Notes: generated by a model from the sequence alone, not told the origin. A stretch of DNA of 64,000 nucleotides from Lama guanicoe (GCA_013239625.1 MU054001.1:6745078-6809077); one strand, 5' to 3'; shown: positions 23,312 through 36,800, counted from the stretch's first letter. Numbers and translations are program-made.

Positions 23312-23828
23312 TGTAACAGAAAAGAACAAATCTGACTCCGTATTAGATCTGTTTCTTTGGCTTTAACCCTGTGCCCTGTTTTCTAGGCTTAGTCTTGCTA
23401 CCTCTGCACCTTTTGTGAAAGAATGTTGCCTTTAGCCTGAAATATACAGGAGAACCTATTCTCAAGGCTCTGGCCTTTGAGTATATTAACACTTTTGCAC
23501 TTAAGATAACAAGTTGCAGAATAGAAAATAACATTTGTTTTGTTAGAGGTTTTACAAGGGCACCATGACCTGACCCTCGTGGATAGCTACAAGAACAAAG
23601 AATTCCTACACCAAGAAGTTTGAAACAACCAACCACATCTCCTCCCTTTTCTAGTATAAAAGGAGCCTGAATTCTGACTCGAGTAAGATGGTTCTCTAAG
23701 ATGTTAGTCTGCCGTCTTCTCCATCTGCCAGCTTTCAGAATAAAGTTGCCATTCCTTGCCCCAACACCTCGTCTCCTGATTTACTGGCCTGTTGTGCAAC
23801 GAGCATAACAAGTTTGGACTTGGTAACG
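23312..23828 (+). mobile_element. MER41-like (artiodactyl-type) ERV1 solo LTR
   Basis: TGTAACAG start; TATAAAA near 23655; ends aataaagttgccattccttgccccaacacctcgtctcc...ggacttggtaac, as recalled for MER41_BT-like elements. Confidence 0.65.
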
Positions 23829-25345
23829 AGAGTACCAAGAATCATCAATTCTAATGGACTAACATCCTCATGACAAGGGGACTAACTTCTGTATACCCTG
23901 AAAAATATTTCAACTGGCATCACTTGCTCTCTACATTCAAAACTAGGTAAAAGGCAGAAAGCAAAACTACTATATGAACTGCCTGAATCATACCTACAAG
24001 GCTGTCTAAAATAATGGATTACATAGTTCTGTATTCAGCTAGCTGTAAACAATATAAATGGCTTTAAAAATACCGTAGTTCATATACTCTTTCCCTAGTC
24101 CTTACCCACCTCCTCCCCACACAGTTACATAAGTATTCCAAATAAAAAAGGAAAAGAGAAAGAAAGGAAAGGAAAGAAAGGAAGGAAGAGAGAAAGAAAT
24201 GAAGAAAAATTAAACATCAGTATAAGACTGGCAGAAATCTAAAATCCAACTTCAAACTTTAAATCATTTGCCTAGCGAGAGCAGCCCTCAAATGCACTGT
24301 GACTCAGCGTTTTATGGTGCCTGAGACATGAAGTGAGATAAAGGTCTTGTTCTCTTCATGGCATTAGCTAAATTTGGAGCTAAAATAAATGAGCTACCTT
24401 AAAAACACAAAGTCAGTGGCTGAAATGTTACAGTGTTCACAATGACACAGGTTTGACTCAATATGTGATGACAAAGAGGAGAGCACGTGTCAGTGGGAGC
24501 ACACCGAACTGTTCTGAAATCAATTATTAGATTATTATTGACCTATAGTATTAGCAAATAACAATGCTAACTACAATTAAAATTCAGAAATGGAGAAAAT
24601 ATTGTAACTAAATGAAAATAAAATAAAAATATGAACTGTGGTGACTGATTTAGAGTCAGGTAAAAACTAACTTAAAGCTAGGAAGGAAATTTACCCAGAT
24701 CTTCTTCAACAGAAAACAGAAGCTAAAATTGAACCAAGGGAAAACCCTTGCCAAAAAAAAGAAAAAAGAAAAAAGAAAAGAAAAATATTAAGTAAAACGC
24801 AACAAATAGAAAAGTCCAGCTCTTTTTGACTCCTTATGAACAGAAAGAAAATAAGGTGAAAATATAATAAACTACATGAAGGTTACAATAAAGACAATGT
24901 TTTCAGTTTATATTCTCATGTGGACCAGGAACTGATGAAGAAGAGACTACAGTAACTGGCAAGCAGGGAGAGTTGGATAGCTGAGATCAAGAAGAAAAAG
25001 AAAAAACTTTCTCCATTGCCTATGTGAAATAGGCAATGGAGGAAGTTGGGGTATCACTTGGCAATCCAAGAATTTAAATACTAAAGGCAACAAATAAGAG
25101 ATGTGGAGACACCTTACAGGCAAACGGGCAAAAAACAGTTGCTAATACTCGGTTTTAGCTCCTGTTTTTAGTACTCTCTAAACATTAGTTCTTTTAATCC
25201 TCAAAAACAAGCCAGTGATAAAAATACTATAAAACCCCATTTAACACATGAAGAAACAGTCTCAGAAAAGTAACTTGCTCAAGGTCACATTGTTAACAAA
25301 TGGCAGAGCCAGGCTACCAACCCACACACTCTATCTCCTCCACAA

Positions 25346-25524
25346 CTTTATACTGCCTCTTATGAACGTCTCAAAATGTGAAAAGGAAGTGGGAGAATTG
25401 AAATTAGGCCTTTACTGCATTCAAAACCAGACCTTTATATTGCCTCTTATGAGTACTTCAAAATGTGGAAAGGAAATGGGGAAACTGAAATTATTGAAGT
25501 CTTTACTGCATTCAAAACCAGACC
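25346..25524. repeat. Diverged ~87-bp tandem duplication
   Basis: Two copies of ctttata.tgcctcttatga...caaaatgtg.aaaggaa..gg..aa.tgaaatta...ctttactgcattcaaaaccagacc. Confidence 0.85.
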
Positions 25525-26559
25525 ATCTGCATTCAAAAACAGAAGAGCGAATTGCCCCTAAGGAACCTAGAGCCTATTAATGGAGTTCTTTCAGCAAAAT
25601 ACCACTCAAGTCACACATCAGACCTATCTACAAAAGGCACAAGCCAACGGTAGTGGGAACTCAAAAGGGACAGCAGTGTTCACCAGGTTGTGGAATCAAG
25701 GAAGACTTCACCAAAAGAGCATTTTGGATAGGATCATGACTTTACATCAGTTACTCCCCAGGGTTTTCAAGATAAATTTCAAACTCCTTGGCATGGCACT
25801 TAAGGCCCTCCAAACTAGGTCTGGAGACAAAAAGGAAAAAAAAAAGAAAAACAAAAACAAAAACAAAACACTAGGTCTGTAGAAATGCCAGGGAGAAAGG
25901 ATTATCCTAAGTGAGATGCTTATACTGGAGTTTTTATTACCAGTTCAGGTTCCAAAGGATCAGAGCATCCTATTTTCCCCGTCTCCATAAACTCTTAGTG
26001 CACTGAAGGCAAGCACGGCAGCTTATTCTTTTTTTAACACTCCTCTCCACCAGTCCAGGCCTCCATACGTCTTAGCATGTGGCAGGTGCATGCACAGCAA
26101 ACATTTTCTGAAGCGAGTATAAATCATGGGAGACAATCACCAGAAGACTGTGCGCCCAGCCAGGCTGCCTGCTACCATCCAGACCTCTGGTGTTGACTAA
26201 TTTTAAAGCTACCAAGTCAGAGACTTAAACACACGATCCAGATACCACAAACCAACTGTGAAAGGACACAAGATAATTGTGAAAGTCTAAACATGGATTA
26301 GGTATCGCATGAAGGAATTCCTTGCATTACATGTGGTGATGCGGTTATGCCTTAAAAAGTCATGTTAGACACACAAACTTAAAAGAGTATTTATGAACGA
26401 AAGGGTTTCCCTTAAAACACTTAGAGTAGGCAGTATGGCGGCGAGGGGGAGGATGAAACAAAATTGGCAAAATGTAGCTAACTGCTGTATCCTTCGGTGT
26501 AATACACTACTTTTGGTGAATGTATGAAAATTCCCTCATATAAAACATACACGGCACAC

Positions 26560-27660
26560 ACACCCAGGTGCTGTTTTTCATCGTAAGCCCCGAGGGAACC
26601 AGACCCAGAGGGTCCACCTGCGGCATCTCGGATTCTGAGAACGACCTCAGCGAGCACAGACCGATTTTCTCTCCCGCCGGACTCCACGCTGACCGAGGAA
26701 GCGGCCTCTTCATTCTTTCAGCACCCACTATAAACGCCTTTGGAGAAAGCTTAAGTCCTGGAAGGCGCCGTGCAGTTAGTTCTCCCGGTTTCCACGCTGG
26801 ACACTGCCCGGCGACCCAGTGCCTCAGAGGCAGCGAGGACCCCTTCGACCCCCTCACCACTCGCGAACCCTACAACTGCTGCTGGGCGCTCGGGGGCGGG
26901 CTCCGCGCAGTGACGTCACGGCGGGCAGTGCGTCGGGTCAAAGTTCAGCCCCGCCCCCGTTTCCCCCTCGCTGTCTCGCTCGGCCTGTGCTGCCGCCGCC
27001 GCTGTGGGCCCGGCTCCACTCCGTCTGCTCCGCCGCCTTCCTCTGTGAGCGCTGCCCGGCCGGTCGCCATGGCGAACGTGGCCGACACTAAGCTGTACGA
27101 CATCCTGGGCGTCCCGCCCGGCGCCAGCGAGAATGAGCTAAAGAAGGTATTGGGGAGCTGGCAGGGTGTGAGGGTCGCGGGCCTGTGCGGCTGGGATCGC
27201 CAGGCCGCGCTACGGAGCGGCCCGCGAGCCGGCGGCGGCGGCGGCGGGCCCAGGCTGGGGCCGGCGGCGGGGCCGGCCTGCTGCGGGCCGCGCACTCCGG
27301 CCTCGGCTGACCTTGGGCCGCCGGCCCCGCCCGCCCGCCCGCAGATGCAGCAAATAAAACCCACCCCTGCGCAAACACGACGAAAACGCTTCCTTCCTCC
27401 CTCTCTTGGCGGGTGCCCGAGCTCGGGAGCTCCCGGGAGGCCGCTGCCTGCCTGGCCCTCCCCTCGCCGAGGTCACCACCCTGGAAAAACAGGTTGGACC
27501 GAGGCGCCCAGCGCATCCCGGTCCCGGGAGAGGAGTTGTCTACGCCGCGGGCGTCGGCACCCGAGCCGAGTCGGGGCTGGGTCTGGGCCCTGGAGGGAGG
27601 GTTGAGGCCGCCCTCGCCGGGTATCTGCGGATACTTGGGTATGTTTCCCGAGAGCCACGG
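26560..27660. promoter_or_regulatory. CpG island / DNAJA2 promoter
   Basis: High GC and CpG density; palindromic CRE GTGACGTCAC at 26910-26919; GC boxes at 26893 and 26949; (GGC)n run near 27231. Confidence 0.9.
27069..27146 (+). CDS. DNAJA2: DNAJA2 exon 1 (coding part)
   Basis: Kozak gccATGG; MANVADTKLYDILGVPPGASENELKK; donor gtattg. Confidence 0.98.
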
Positions 27661-28626
27661 CCTCAGGAGAGGGAGTCTCCCTTGCTCCCTTGCCCACTGA
27701 CCCTGAGGTAGCGTGGGTCTGGGTGCATTGTTCTGTGGGCAGGTAACCTAAATGTTCTGTACCCACTTCAGGAAGAAGCCGTGGGTCCCAGCCAAACATC
27801 TGAGTGTACGCTGACTAAAAATAAGTAGAAGGCCTCATTATCGCTCCTTGCGATGCTGCAAATCTTTCATCTCAGGATTTCAAAGCACGTGAGGCGTTTG
27901 ATTAAGCCCCACAGCATCTTCATGGGGCTTAGAGTATCCGGATTTGTAAGCTGAGAAAAATGAGAATGCTCGTTAGGCAGTGGGACGGGTACAGTTGAGA
28001 GTAAAAGGACTTCCTGTTACCTTACCGGAAATGCTCGTCCGTATTACATAATTCATGGGTCTGTGAATGAACGCTTAAGTGCTTTTTATCTGAGCCACTG
28101 GTATGTATGTCGCTTCTCTAAGGCTGAGGTCACTCCAGTCAAGACCCCAATCAATCCACCATATGAAAATAAAACATGGTTTAGGAGCTTATCTTGGCTT
28201 TTTCCTGATGTTACAATGAGAGGAGCCGTCATGGGCAGGGATTCTTACCTTAGCTTAATTTTAATAATAGTGATTTTCAGCGTGTAAAGCTGAACAATCA
28301 TTTCTCTTTAGAGTTTATTGGAGTCTTGTTCTGGTTACCGGCCATCAAAGGCATTTGACAATAGTGAAAATGTGGAATTTTTCAGTGTTTCTCTCTGTGG
28401 CTTTGTTTCATTGTCTGTATCTGGCTTCAGTGTAACCTATTTTCAAGTGTAACTACTATCTGCTTTGTTATATTAAATTAGTAAACAGTATTAGGATAGA
28501 AAATGCCTGAGAATAAAGGACATTTTTGGAAGGTTATGAGTTTAGAACATTGCTTCTCAGAAAATTAGTACTCATATCTTTTAACTGGTCTTTGTATGTA
28601 ACTTTTTTTTTTATCTTTTATTGAAG

Positions 28627-28686
28627 GCATACAGAAAGTTAGCCAAGGAATACCATCCTGATAAGAATCCAAATGCTGGTGACAAA
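28627..28686 (+). CDS. DNAJA2: DNAJA2 exon 2 (J-domain HPD motif)
   Basis: [20 protein letters not shown]; ag/gtaagt boundaries. Confidence 0.98.
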
Positions 28687-29016
28687 GTAAGTTAAGATAC
28701 TTGAGACTTTTTTCAGTTTTAAACTTAAATTGCCCTTCTTGAAAGGAAAAAAAAAAAAGAAAAAAAAAAACAGGAATGTTGTAGAAAAAGTCCATCTGTG
28801 CCCAAAGAACCAAATTTTTATGTCAAGAGTATTTTGGTTTTGTGATGGGAATTACAGATGGGACATTCTGGCCTTAGTAGGTGGTAAATAGGACCAGAAT
28901 CAAACCAAAGGTAATTTGTGGCTTTCTTAGAATTAAATGAATCCTAGATTCTTATCGCCTTTCCCCAGTCTTCTATTTGAAAATCCAGTTTTCCTATTTT
29001 TCTTTTCTTTTTATAG

Positions 29017-29240
29017 TTCAAAGAAATAAGTTTTGCATATGAAGTACTATCCAATCCTGAAAAGCGCGAGTTATATGACAGATATGGAGAACAAGGTCTT
29101 CGGGAAGGTAGCGGCGGAGGTGGTGGCATGGATGATATTTTCTCTCACATTTTTGGTGGGGGATTATTTGGCTTCATGGGCAATCAGAGTAGAAGTCGTA
29201 ATGGCAGAAGAAGAGGAGAAGACATGATGCATCCACTCAA
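29017..29240 (+). CDS. DNAJA2: DNAJA2 exon 3 (end of J domain, G/F-rich region)
   Basis: [28 protein letters not shown]...GEDMMHPL; donor gtgaat. Confidence 0.97.
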
Positions 29241-31019
29241 GTGAATACCTTTTTTCTTTTTTAAAAAAAATTAAGAACTTTTTTCCAAGTAGAAGTACTC
29301 AGTAGAAGAGAGAAAAATTATCAAAAGAAAAATTCTGTTCTTTATCAGGAAAAAAAAACCCTTCCATTTGCTTTGCTGTTCTCATTGGATGACTAAATTG
29401 AATTTAATAACCTATTTTACTAAGAGATCTTAAAGGATGATTGATGTTTTTACAGAGTAGGATGATGGTTTTGTTATATGCTTCCGAGGCTGCTTGTTTT
29501 TAAAAATTTCAGCTGTGGAGATTTTTTTCTTTGAAGTAGTTACATCTTCATAGTTACTTTTTATTTAAAAACTTACAAAGTGAGTGACTGGCTAGTTTGT
29601 TGACATGTTGTAGTCACTCTTTACTTGATCCTCAGTGTGAGCTCTCCAAAATTGGTTTCCATGGAGGTTGCTGGCTCCAAGCCTGACATTAACCTGCCAA
29701 CATATGATAGATGTCTGAACTCGGCCTTAGTCTGTGAACCCAAAATGAAAATAACTTTTATTTTGCAAAATTTGTGAAGTCTTTTATCTTGTTAATTTTT
29801 CATGAACCAATAATGGTTTTACTAGTAAATGCCAGAGAATGAAGTTCAAGTGTTTCTTCAAAATATTTTATATTATCTAGTTTATACATTTGAGTAGGTA
29901 AGAGGAAGTAAAGCGTAATTTTAAAAAATTTTCCAGTTACTGCAACATTTCATTTTGGTGGCATTATAATACTCCATTCCATGATTTTCTATAGGAGAGT
30001 ACCAGTTTTTTTCCTTAATAAATAGTGCTGCTGTGAATATCTTTATATACAGCCTTGTCTCTCCTTGGCAGAGATTCCCGGGCACACATCAGTGTTTTGA
30101 AGCTGATAAATAGAAACTAAATTGGCTTGTAGAGGATTCTGCCAGTTAGCCCTATTGATGGAGAGTGTCAGCTTTGCTAGACCCACATTTTTCCTTCCTT
30201 TTGCCATGTTTATTGAAATGAGGATTTTTCTGCCCTCTTAGATTGTAGTGCTGCATACTAATTGCAATTTAATATGTTAGGAGAATAAGACCTACGTATC
30301 ATGCGAATGGTTAGGTTAAGGGTTCTTAGGAGAAGTATAAAAGACATGCAACCAAGGGCTTTAGCCTAAGGTTAAGCTGTAGGTAAGCAGTTGTTTGGAA
30401 CTGCTGGTAATGTTTTGACCATAAGTATTTTCTTACCCTGCCTGGAATGTATAAAAGGGTTAGCTTAAAAATAACAATTCTAAGAAAGTTTAAATGCTTA
30501 TAAAATAGTATAGATGTGTTGCAAAGTACTTTTAACTTTTTTATTTTAAACTAAATGTTTACTACTAAAGGAGATTTAAAAACACAATGAGAATGTAAAA
30601 CCAAATTAAATGCATTGCTTCCAAATTCTAAATGAATAGTATTTTTGAGATTTTTGATATACATAGATTTTTTTGAGGTTAATTTGGGAATGAATAGTCC
30701 TCCAATTCAAATATGCTATGTGAATAAAGGTGAGTTGGGTTTTATCAATTGAATATTTTTAATAAGCTTTTTAACTTGACTATCTTGGGGTCATAGACTC
30801 CTTTGAAAATTTTGTAAAAGTTGCTCAAATATACAATTTTGCTAATAATTCACTGAGTTCCTCAGACCTCTAAAACTTGTAGGCTCTCTTGGAAACCTGT
30901 CCTCTGTCACACACTGTAGATAAGGCCACTTTTTTTTTTTTTGAGACAGGCAATCTGAGTGCCTCCCATAAGTTGTAATATAACTGTGTAGCCTTTCTGA
31001 ATTGTTCTTGGAGGGAGCA

Positions 31020-31150
31020 GAGGTTTATAGTAGGACATGGACTCTGGAGCCAGGCTGCCTGTGTGATCTTGGGCAAATTACTTAACCTCTCTGTACCTCA
31101 GTTTTGTCCTGTAAAATGGGAATAATAATTGTACCTCTTTCAGAGGGTTG
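31020..31150. mobile_element. MIR SINE fragment
   Basis: tgtgtgatcttgggcaaattacttaacctctctgtacctcagtttt core. Confidence 0.75.
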
Positions 31151-31465
31151 GATTAGGTGGAGGGCTCTTGCCTAAGGCCAGAAGTTGTGATGCTTTAGTT
31201 GGTGCAATTACCAGAAAATGCAGCACAGCAAATTGCTAACCTGATCCTTTAGGATCCGGCTTTGAGCACCAGATGTATTGTTTATAGCCATAAAATCTTT
31301 CTGCTAATTTGAGCTACAAAATAAAACTTACTCAGTAGACTAATGTAAGAAGCTCTTGAATTCTTTGTTTAAAAGGCTATAGTGGAATTTGCTCTATCAG
31401 CTATCATTTGTGTCTTGTATTTAAGAGAACTTGGCGAAACTTGAACCTAATTCTTTTTTCTCCAG

Positions 31466-31546
31466 AGTATCTTTAGAAGATCTGTATAATGGCAAGACAA
31501 CCAAACTACAACTTAGCAAGAATGTACTCTGTAGTGCATGCAGTGG
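31466..31546 (+). CDS. DNAJA2: DNAJA2 exon 4
   Basis: VSLEDLYNGKTTKLQLSKNVLCSACS; ag/gtaagt. Confidence 0.98.
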
Positions 31547-31807
31547 GTAAGTGTGTGTTCTGGCTTATGAAATAAACTTCATCTGTTTCAGTGGCACATT
31601 GAGTTGATGTCAGATAAAATTGTTCATGACTTCAAACTGACTGCCCAACCCAGAACATTTTCTGATATCTCTGAAAGTCAGTTTAAATACCAGTCATTGG
31701 TATTTAAATACCAGTCATTGGGAGGTTGAAGATGAAGATGAGAAGCACAATTCCTGTTTGTCAGGGCCTATGTGGAAAAATCTAATACATACTTTCGCTT
31801 GCTTTAG

Positions 31808-31941
31808 CCAAGGCGGAAAGTCTGGAGCTGTTCAGAAGTGTAGTGCTTGTCGGGGTCGAGGTGTACGCATCATGATCAGACAGCTGGCTCCAGGAATGGT
31901 ACAACAGATGCAGTCTGTGTGTTCTGACTGTAATGGAGAAG
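31808..31941 (+). CDS. DNAJA2: DNAJA2 exon 5 (zinc-finger CxxCxGxG repeats)
   Basis: QGGKSGAVQKCSACRGRGVRIMIRQLAPGMVQQMQSVCSDCNGE. Confidence 0.98.
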
Positions 31942-32309
31942 GTATGCGTGCCAGTATTTCTTTGCTTTTATGTTGGAGTAGATTGCAGAAATTGTAGAGG
32001 CTTACGGTTTTTCTTTTTCAACGTGTCTTCATATTCATCTTACTAAAGATACAGAGAGTTCCAAAAGAAAAATGCAAAAATAATTTCCTTATGCATAGGC
32101 CCAGTGAACACAGAATAACAGTAAATTTATATTATATGTAACATTTAAAATAACATAAGTGTCTTTTCATTCCAAGAAGATGGGTGAAGTCTTTTGTCCC
32201 TTTATATTTTAAATGGTTTTATTTGATAAAAGGGAGACAGCAAATTGTTCAGTTCTCATTCTGATAAGTAGAGGATTTTTACTGTAAGCTTTAGTTAGCT
32301 TTTGAGCAT

Positions 32310-32715
32310 AGATAATTGGCATTGAAGCTTTTATAGAAGTAAATATTTTAGGTTTTGTTGGCAGAATGATTTCTGAAACTACTCCTCACCCTTGCACCTT
32401 TAGCACTTGTATAGTGCTGCAGACGATATGTGAACAAGTGGGCATGACCATTTTCTAGGTAAACATTACTTACAGAAATAAGAGCATGCCCAGTTTGGCC
32501 TGTGAGCCTTAGTTTGCCAACTGTTGTTCTAGAGCAGTGCTATCTAAAAGAATTTGTCTGTAATAATGGGAAGGTTCTGTGTATGCAATTTCTAGTGTAG
32601 TAGCTGCTAGCCACCTGTGGTTGAGGAACTGAATTTTAATCTTTATTAATTTAAAATTAAAATTAAACAGCCACAGATGGCTAGTGGCTACCATATTGGA
32701 CAGCACAGTTATAGA
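32310..32715. mobile_element. Adjacent MER58-like and MER3-like hAT elements
   Basis: ...tttggcctgtgagccttagtttgccaac; cagtgctatctaa...agccacagatggctagtggctaccatattggacagcacag. Confidence 0.65.
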
Positions 32716-33661
32716 ACATCCTTTTCCAAATTATTTCTGAAAGTGAAAAGATAACTTGGTATATATGATATTCTCCTCCTGAGAGTCTCAGTGCATTTTA
32801 CCTTATTAAAGTTGCTAACAATTCTCACCATCAAGAAACCAAAGGTTTCTGAAATTTTTTTCCCATGTGCCATTATCATTTTAAGGAACTAGTGCTTTAC
32901 AGAACATACTCTGCAGAAGCAGTGTTCCTGAAGTCACTGTACATGTCATCTAAGCATAAAAGTGTGCCAATAATCAGCCTTCAGAAATTGATGCTATTTT
33001 TTTCTCAATATACATACAACTTCAGTTTTATTTTATTATAGCACTGATCAAATGACTCAGAATAATACATAGAAAGAAAAAGAAACTGTTGTCCTAAGCA
33101 TGGTATGAAGGTACTCGGTGCCAGCTCTCATTGGTTTTGGAAATTTTCAGTGGTCGTGTACCTAGATAAAGGGAAGGTCCATAATAGGACACCTGAGGAG
33201 GGTTTAGTCTGTGAAATACAAAAGATCTGGGACCAACTAGGCAAGGTAATAATGAGTCTAAAAGATACTTAAATTTTGATTTGGGTTGTCTCTGTCCATT
33301 GTTAAATTCATGTGAAGCTAAGACTGGAAAAATAAAGCAGCTGTAGCATCTGACCACCTGTTTTGTTTGCTTGATTCTTAGGCTTTGTTTTAACTTTAGG
33401 AAGTAGAGTCAGGAGCTAAGAAAGTATTGTTTAAGATACATTCTACTCTGAGACAGAGGAGACTGGGTAGCTGGATCCGCTAGATAACCTGCAGTAAGAT
33501 GTGAGTTTTTGTTACTAAGAATGTTATTTTAAACAACTTGAGGTAGCAAATTAAAGAAGTTTAGAAAATTTATTTAGTGAATAAAGTGTTATCAAGATCT
33601 ATCTTACTTAAGAGTACATTATAGTACCCTTGCTGGAAGTTTGAACGACTTCTTTTTCCAG

Positions 33662-33858
33662 GAGAGGTAATTAATGAAAAGGACCGCTGTAAAAAATGTG
33701 AAGGGAAGAAAGTGATTAAAGAAGTCAAGATTCTTGAAGTCCACGTAGACAAAGGCATGAAACATGGACAAAGAATTACATTCACTGGGGAAGCAGACCA
33801 AGCCCCAGGAGTGGAACCGGGAGACATTGTTCTTTTGCTACAAGAAAAAGAACATGAG
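33662..33858 (+). CDS. DNAJA2: DNAJA2 exon 6
   Basis: [65 protein letters not shown]. Confidence 0.98.
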
Positions 33859-36800
33859 GTAATTTCCTTTTTTGTTTGTTTTGTTTTGTTTTTGCTTTAG
33901 AAGACCAGAAAAGGGTCTTGTGTGCAAGGTACAGGTTAAATCAGTTTGGGTTTCCTGGAGCAACACTGAACATGGATGAATTTGTTGAGTAGTTAAGACT
34001 GCATTCGTGAGAACTGGCTTGTTTAGCAGACCAGCAAAACAGGTGCTGTCAGTAGCACTGTAGGAGTTGGTCTTGGTCCTAGCTCCACCATTGACTGGCA
34101 CTGCAACCTTAAGTAATCCTGTTATCTCTGTACCCCAGTTTCCTTGTTTATGAAAATAAGGGGGGACCAGGTGACCTAAGGCAGCTTAGTTTTCACTGTG
34201 AAACTCCTTTGATGGGTAGTGAGTGAACAGGGCTTTAGTCCTCAGTACTGCTCTGTTGATTCATTTTACTTTGGGTGTGCATGTGAGCTTCTTGAAAGAA
34301 TAGGTTCTGTGGTTTTAAAAACATTTTATTTTTGAATTTGTGATTGAATGTGTATTGTATCTGTTATGTACAAGGCAAACTGAACTGGGCTAACGATGTG
34401 GCCTGGTGTGTGTTATTTTGATCATACATACCATTGCATCTGTATTTTTTAATGTGCAGAGAGTTTACTGTAGGTTTTTATTCATGAAGAATGTATCTGA
34501 AGCTTTGGTGTAGTCGCCCACATTCTTGAATATTGAAGCATTTGACAGGGTTCAGGCCCAGAAGTTGATCACATTGCCATTTCGAGTTCCTTTGAAAATC
34601 TTTAGGTCACAAGTCAACCACGTTTTTTAGTTTTAATGTTTTTTCCCATTCAATGGTGATTTCTACAGATAAGTAAAATTTTAAAATCACTTCAAGAATC
34701 CTGTAGAGAATAGAGCTATACTGAGATGCAGATTCTGGGAATTTGATTAGATTCATTCCCTCACTAGATTGTGACTTGCTTTTCTATACTAGCCTTTCTC
34801 AAGGTGTACTAGTCAAATTCCTTGCCTCAACAAAGCTATAAATTGCTATACATCTTGGCCCTTTGTGAATATTGCCAAACCTGCAAATGGCAAGGGTCCC
34901 TAGATTGCTTAAAAAAATGACAATTTCTAGAATTCTGCCTTAGTGTTGTGGGTTGAAATATTTGTAACTCTTACAGGATTGCCTTTTAACTGGCATTTTA
35001 GCCACTCCTTATTTGCTCAATCTTACCTTCCATGGACACTACCATAAAAGGCATAAAAGGGAGGAAGATAGAGAGACAGCCAGATAATTGAAACATATAT
35101 AGTCTGCTTGGGTATCAAGTAAACTGTATTGTGAGATCGTACAAACCACATGTGGATATTTTCATTGATACATCATTGGAGTAGTTTGAGAGCAGTTATC
35201 GAATGATGTCTGGCAGTACAGCAGTGGGAGGGTAGTGAGGAAGTTAAGAAGTAATGTTTATTGGGGTGAGGGGAGACTGAAGCATTGGAGGTTTTGGTAT
35301 GTCAGACTGATGGTGAAAATTTTTTTTACCCCTAAGTTCAATCTCTAATGTTGTTCTATAAGTATATTGGGATTTTAAAAACAGAAATAACTAGTCTTGA
35401 AGACAAGGGACTTAAGTTCTGGCTCCCATTTATTAGCTTTGGCCTCTCTGGGCTTGGCTTTGCACACTTAAAAAAAGAGTCCTCCAGATGGATTCTGTAA
35501 AATAAAATGAGATAACTAATAACTGCTTTCTTTCTTGGAGCCATGGGGGAAGCATTTGGAAGTCAGTCACCTCTAAAATTATTGGCAGTGGTGGAATTGC
35601 ATGGAATTTCTAACAGATAGCAAATGTTACTGGTTGTCTAAAGTAGAAGATAGAAGATGATAAAGGTTAGAATGAAAGTTCAACTAGTAAGAGGTCAAAG
35701 GTTGTTCCTTCCTGGTTTTTTGTTTTTTATGAACGATAGAGTAAAGTAAATTTGAGCCCAAGATGAGATTTAGGCATCTTGTTTAATTTATACCACTGAA
35801 AATATTCTTAACCTTCTTAAGAAAAATAAACTAGTTTGAACTAGTTCACGAACAAGCTTATAGTTATTTTTGTTTGGGGCTTCCTCTTTTTTTTTTGCTC
35901 TCAACACTTGTGTTGAAGGAATTGTGAGGCCATGAGATCAGGGTGGGTACTGTAGCTAAAACAGTATAAATCTTCTGATCAAAAAACAATTCAGTTTTGA
36001 GAGTGCTGAGTATGTATGTATAGGCACCTTTCAGTACAGGCGTGCATGTGTTTGGTGATCTTGCTGTCATAGTGCAGTTACACAGCAAAGAGCCACAGTA
36101 TCTGGTGATGTTAGTCTCCTCTGCGCTCTGTTTTTCTATTTCAGAAATTTTTGTAACTTCTAAGTGTTACGCTGTGTGGTTCTTAGTCGTCTCTCCTCAT
36201 TAGTCTTGTTTTTCAAAAATTTCCTGGCCATTCTTACCTGTTTGTTCTCTGTTTGAATTTTAGCATCAAATTGTCTAATCTAACCACCCCTCCTGCTGGT
36301 CCCTTCCTCCCAAAAAATCAATCCTGTATCATTTTTTATTGGAACCACTTTAAGTTGAGCTGTGTCCAAGAACATAATATCCCTTCTTGCTCCCTAAATA
36401 TCCTTTGGTTAAAGATGGTTCTTGGAACAATAGTAAGATACTCAGAAACACTAGCATTTTACAGTTGCAAAAGCATTGAAAAGCCCTGCCTTAAAGAAAC
36501 ATTATTGAAATTAATTTTTCCACCCATTGTGAGAGACACCTGCATAAACTTGCATAGATAATATATTTGCAGTGAAGTTATGGATTGCAGGGCCTGGCCT
36601 CCATGGTTTCTGATGCAGAGGGTATGGGATGGGGCCCGAGGATGTGCATTCCTAACAGCTTGCCTGGTGCTGCAGAGGTTGCTGCTCCAGAGCCACTGTC
36701 AAGATGATGGTTTGAGATTTAACTTCCCTTCATAGGTAGATTTAGGAGCGTAATTTAGGAAGAGAGGGTAACTTTCAGATTTCCTCTCCCCTGTGAATGA

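Noticed and set aside
26568..27605. 345-aa ORF overlapping DNAJA2 exon 1, plus overlapping antisense ORFs
   Set aside because: Stop-poor CpG-island artefact. Only the 26 codons from the Kozak ATG at 27069 to the GT donor at 27147 match DNAJA2.
29238..29246. Weak DNAJA2 exon 3 donor (AA|gtgaat) as a splice defect
   Set aside because: The GT is intact, and exon length and phase fit the full 412-aa frame
31682..31721. 21-bp tandem duplication tttaaataccagtcattgg in DNAJA2 intron 4
   Set aside because: Ordinary slippage duplication away from splice signals
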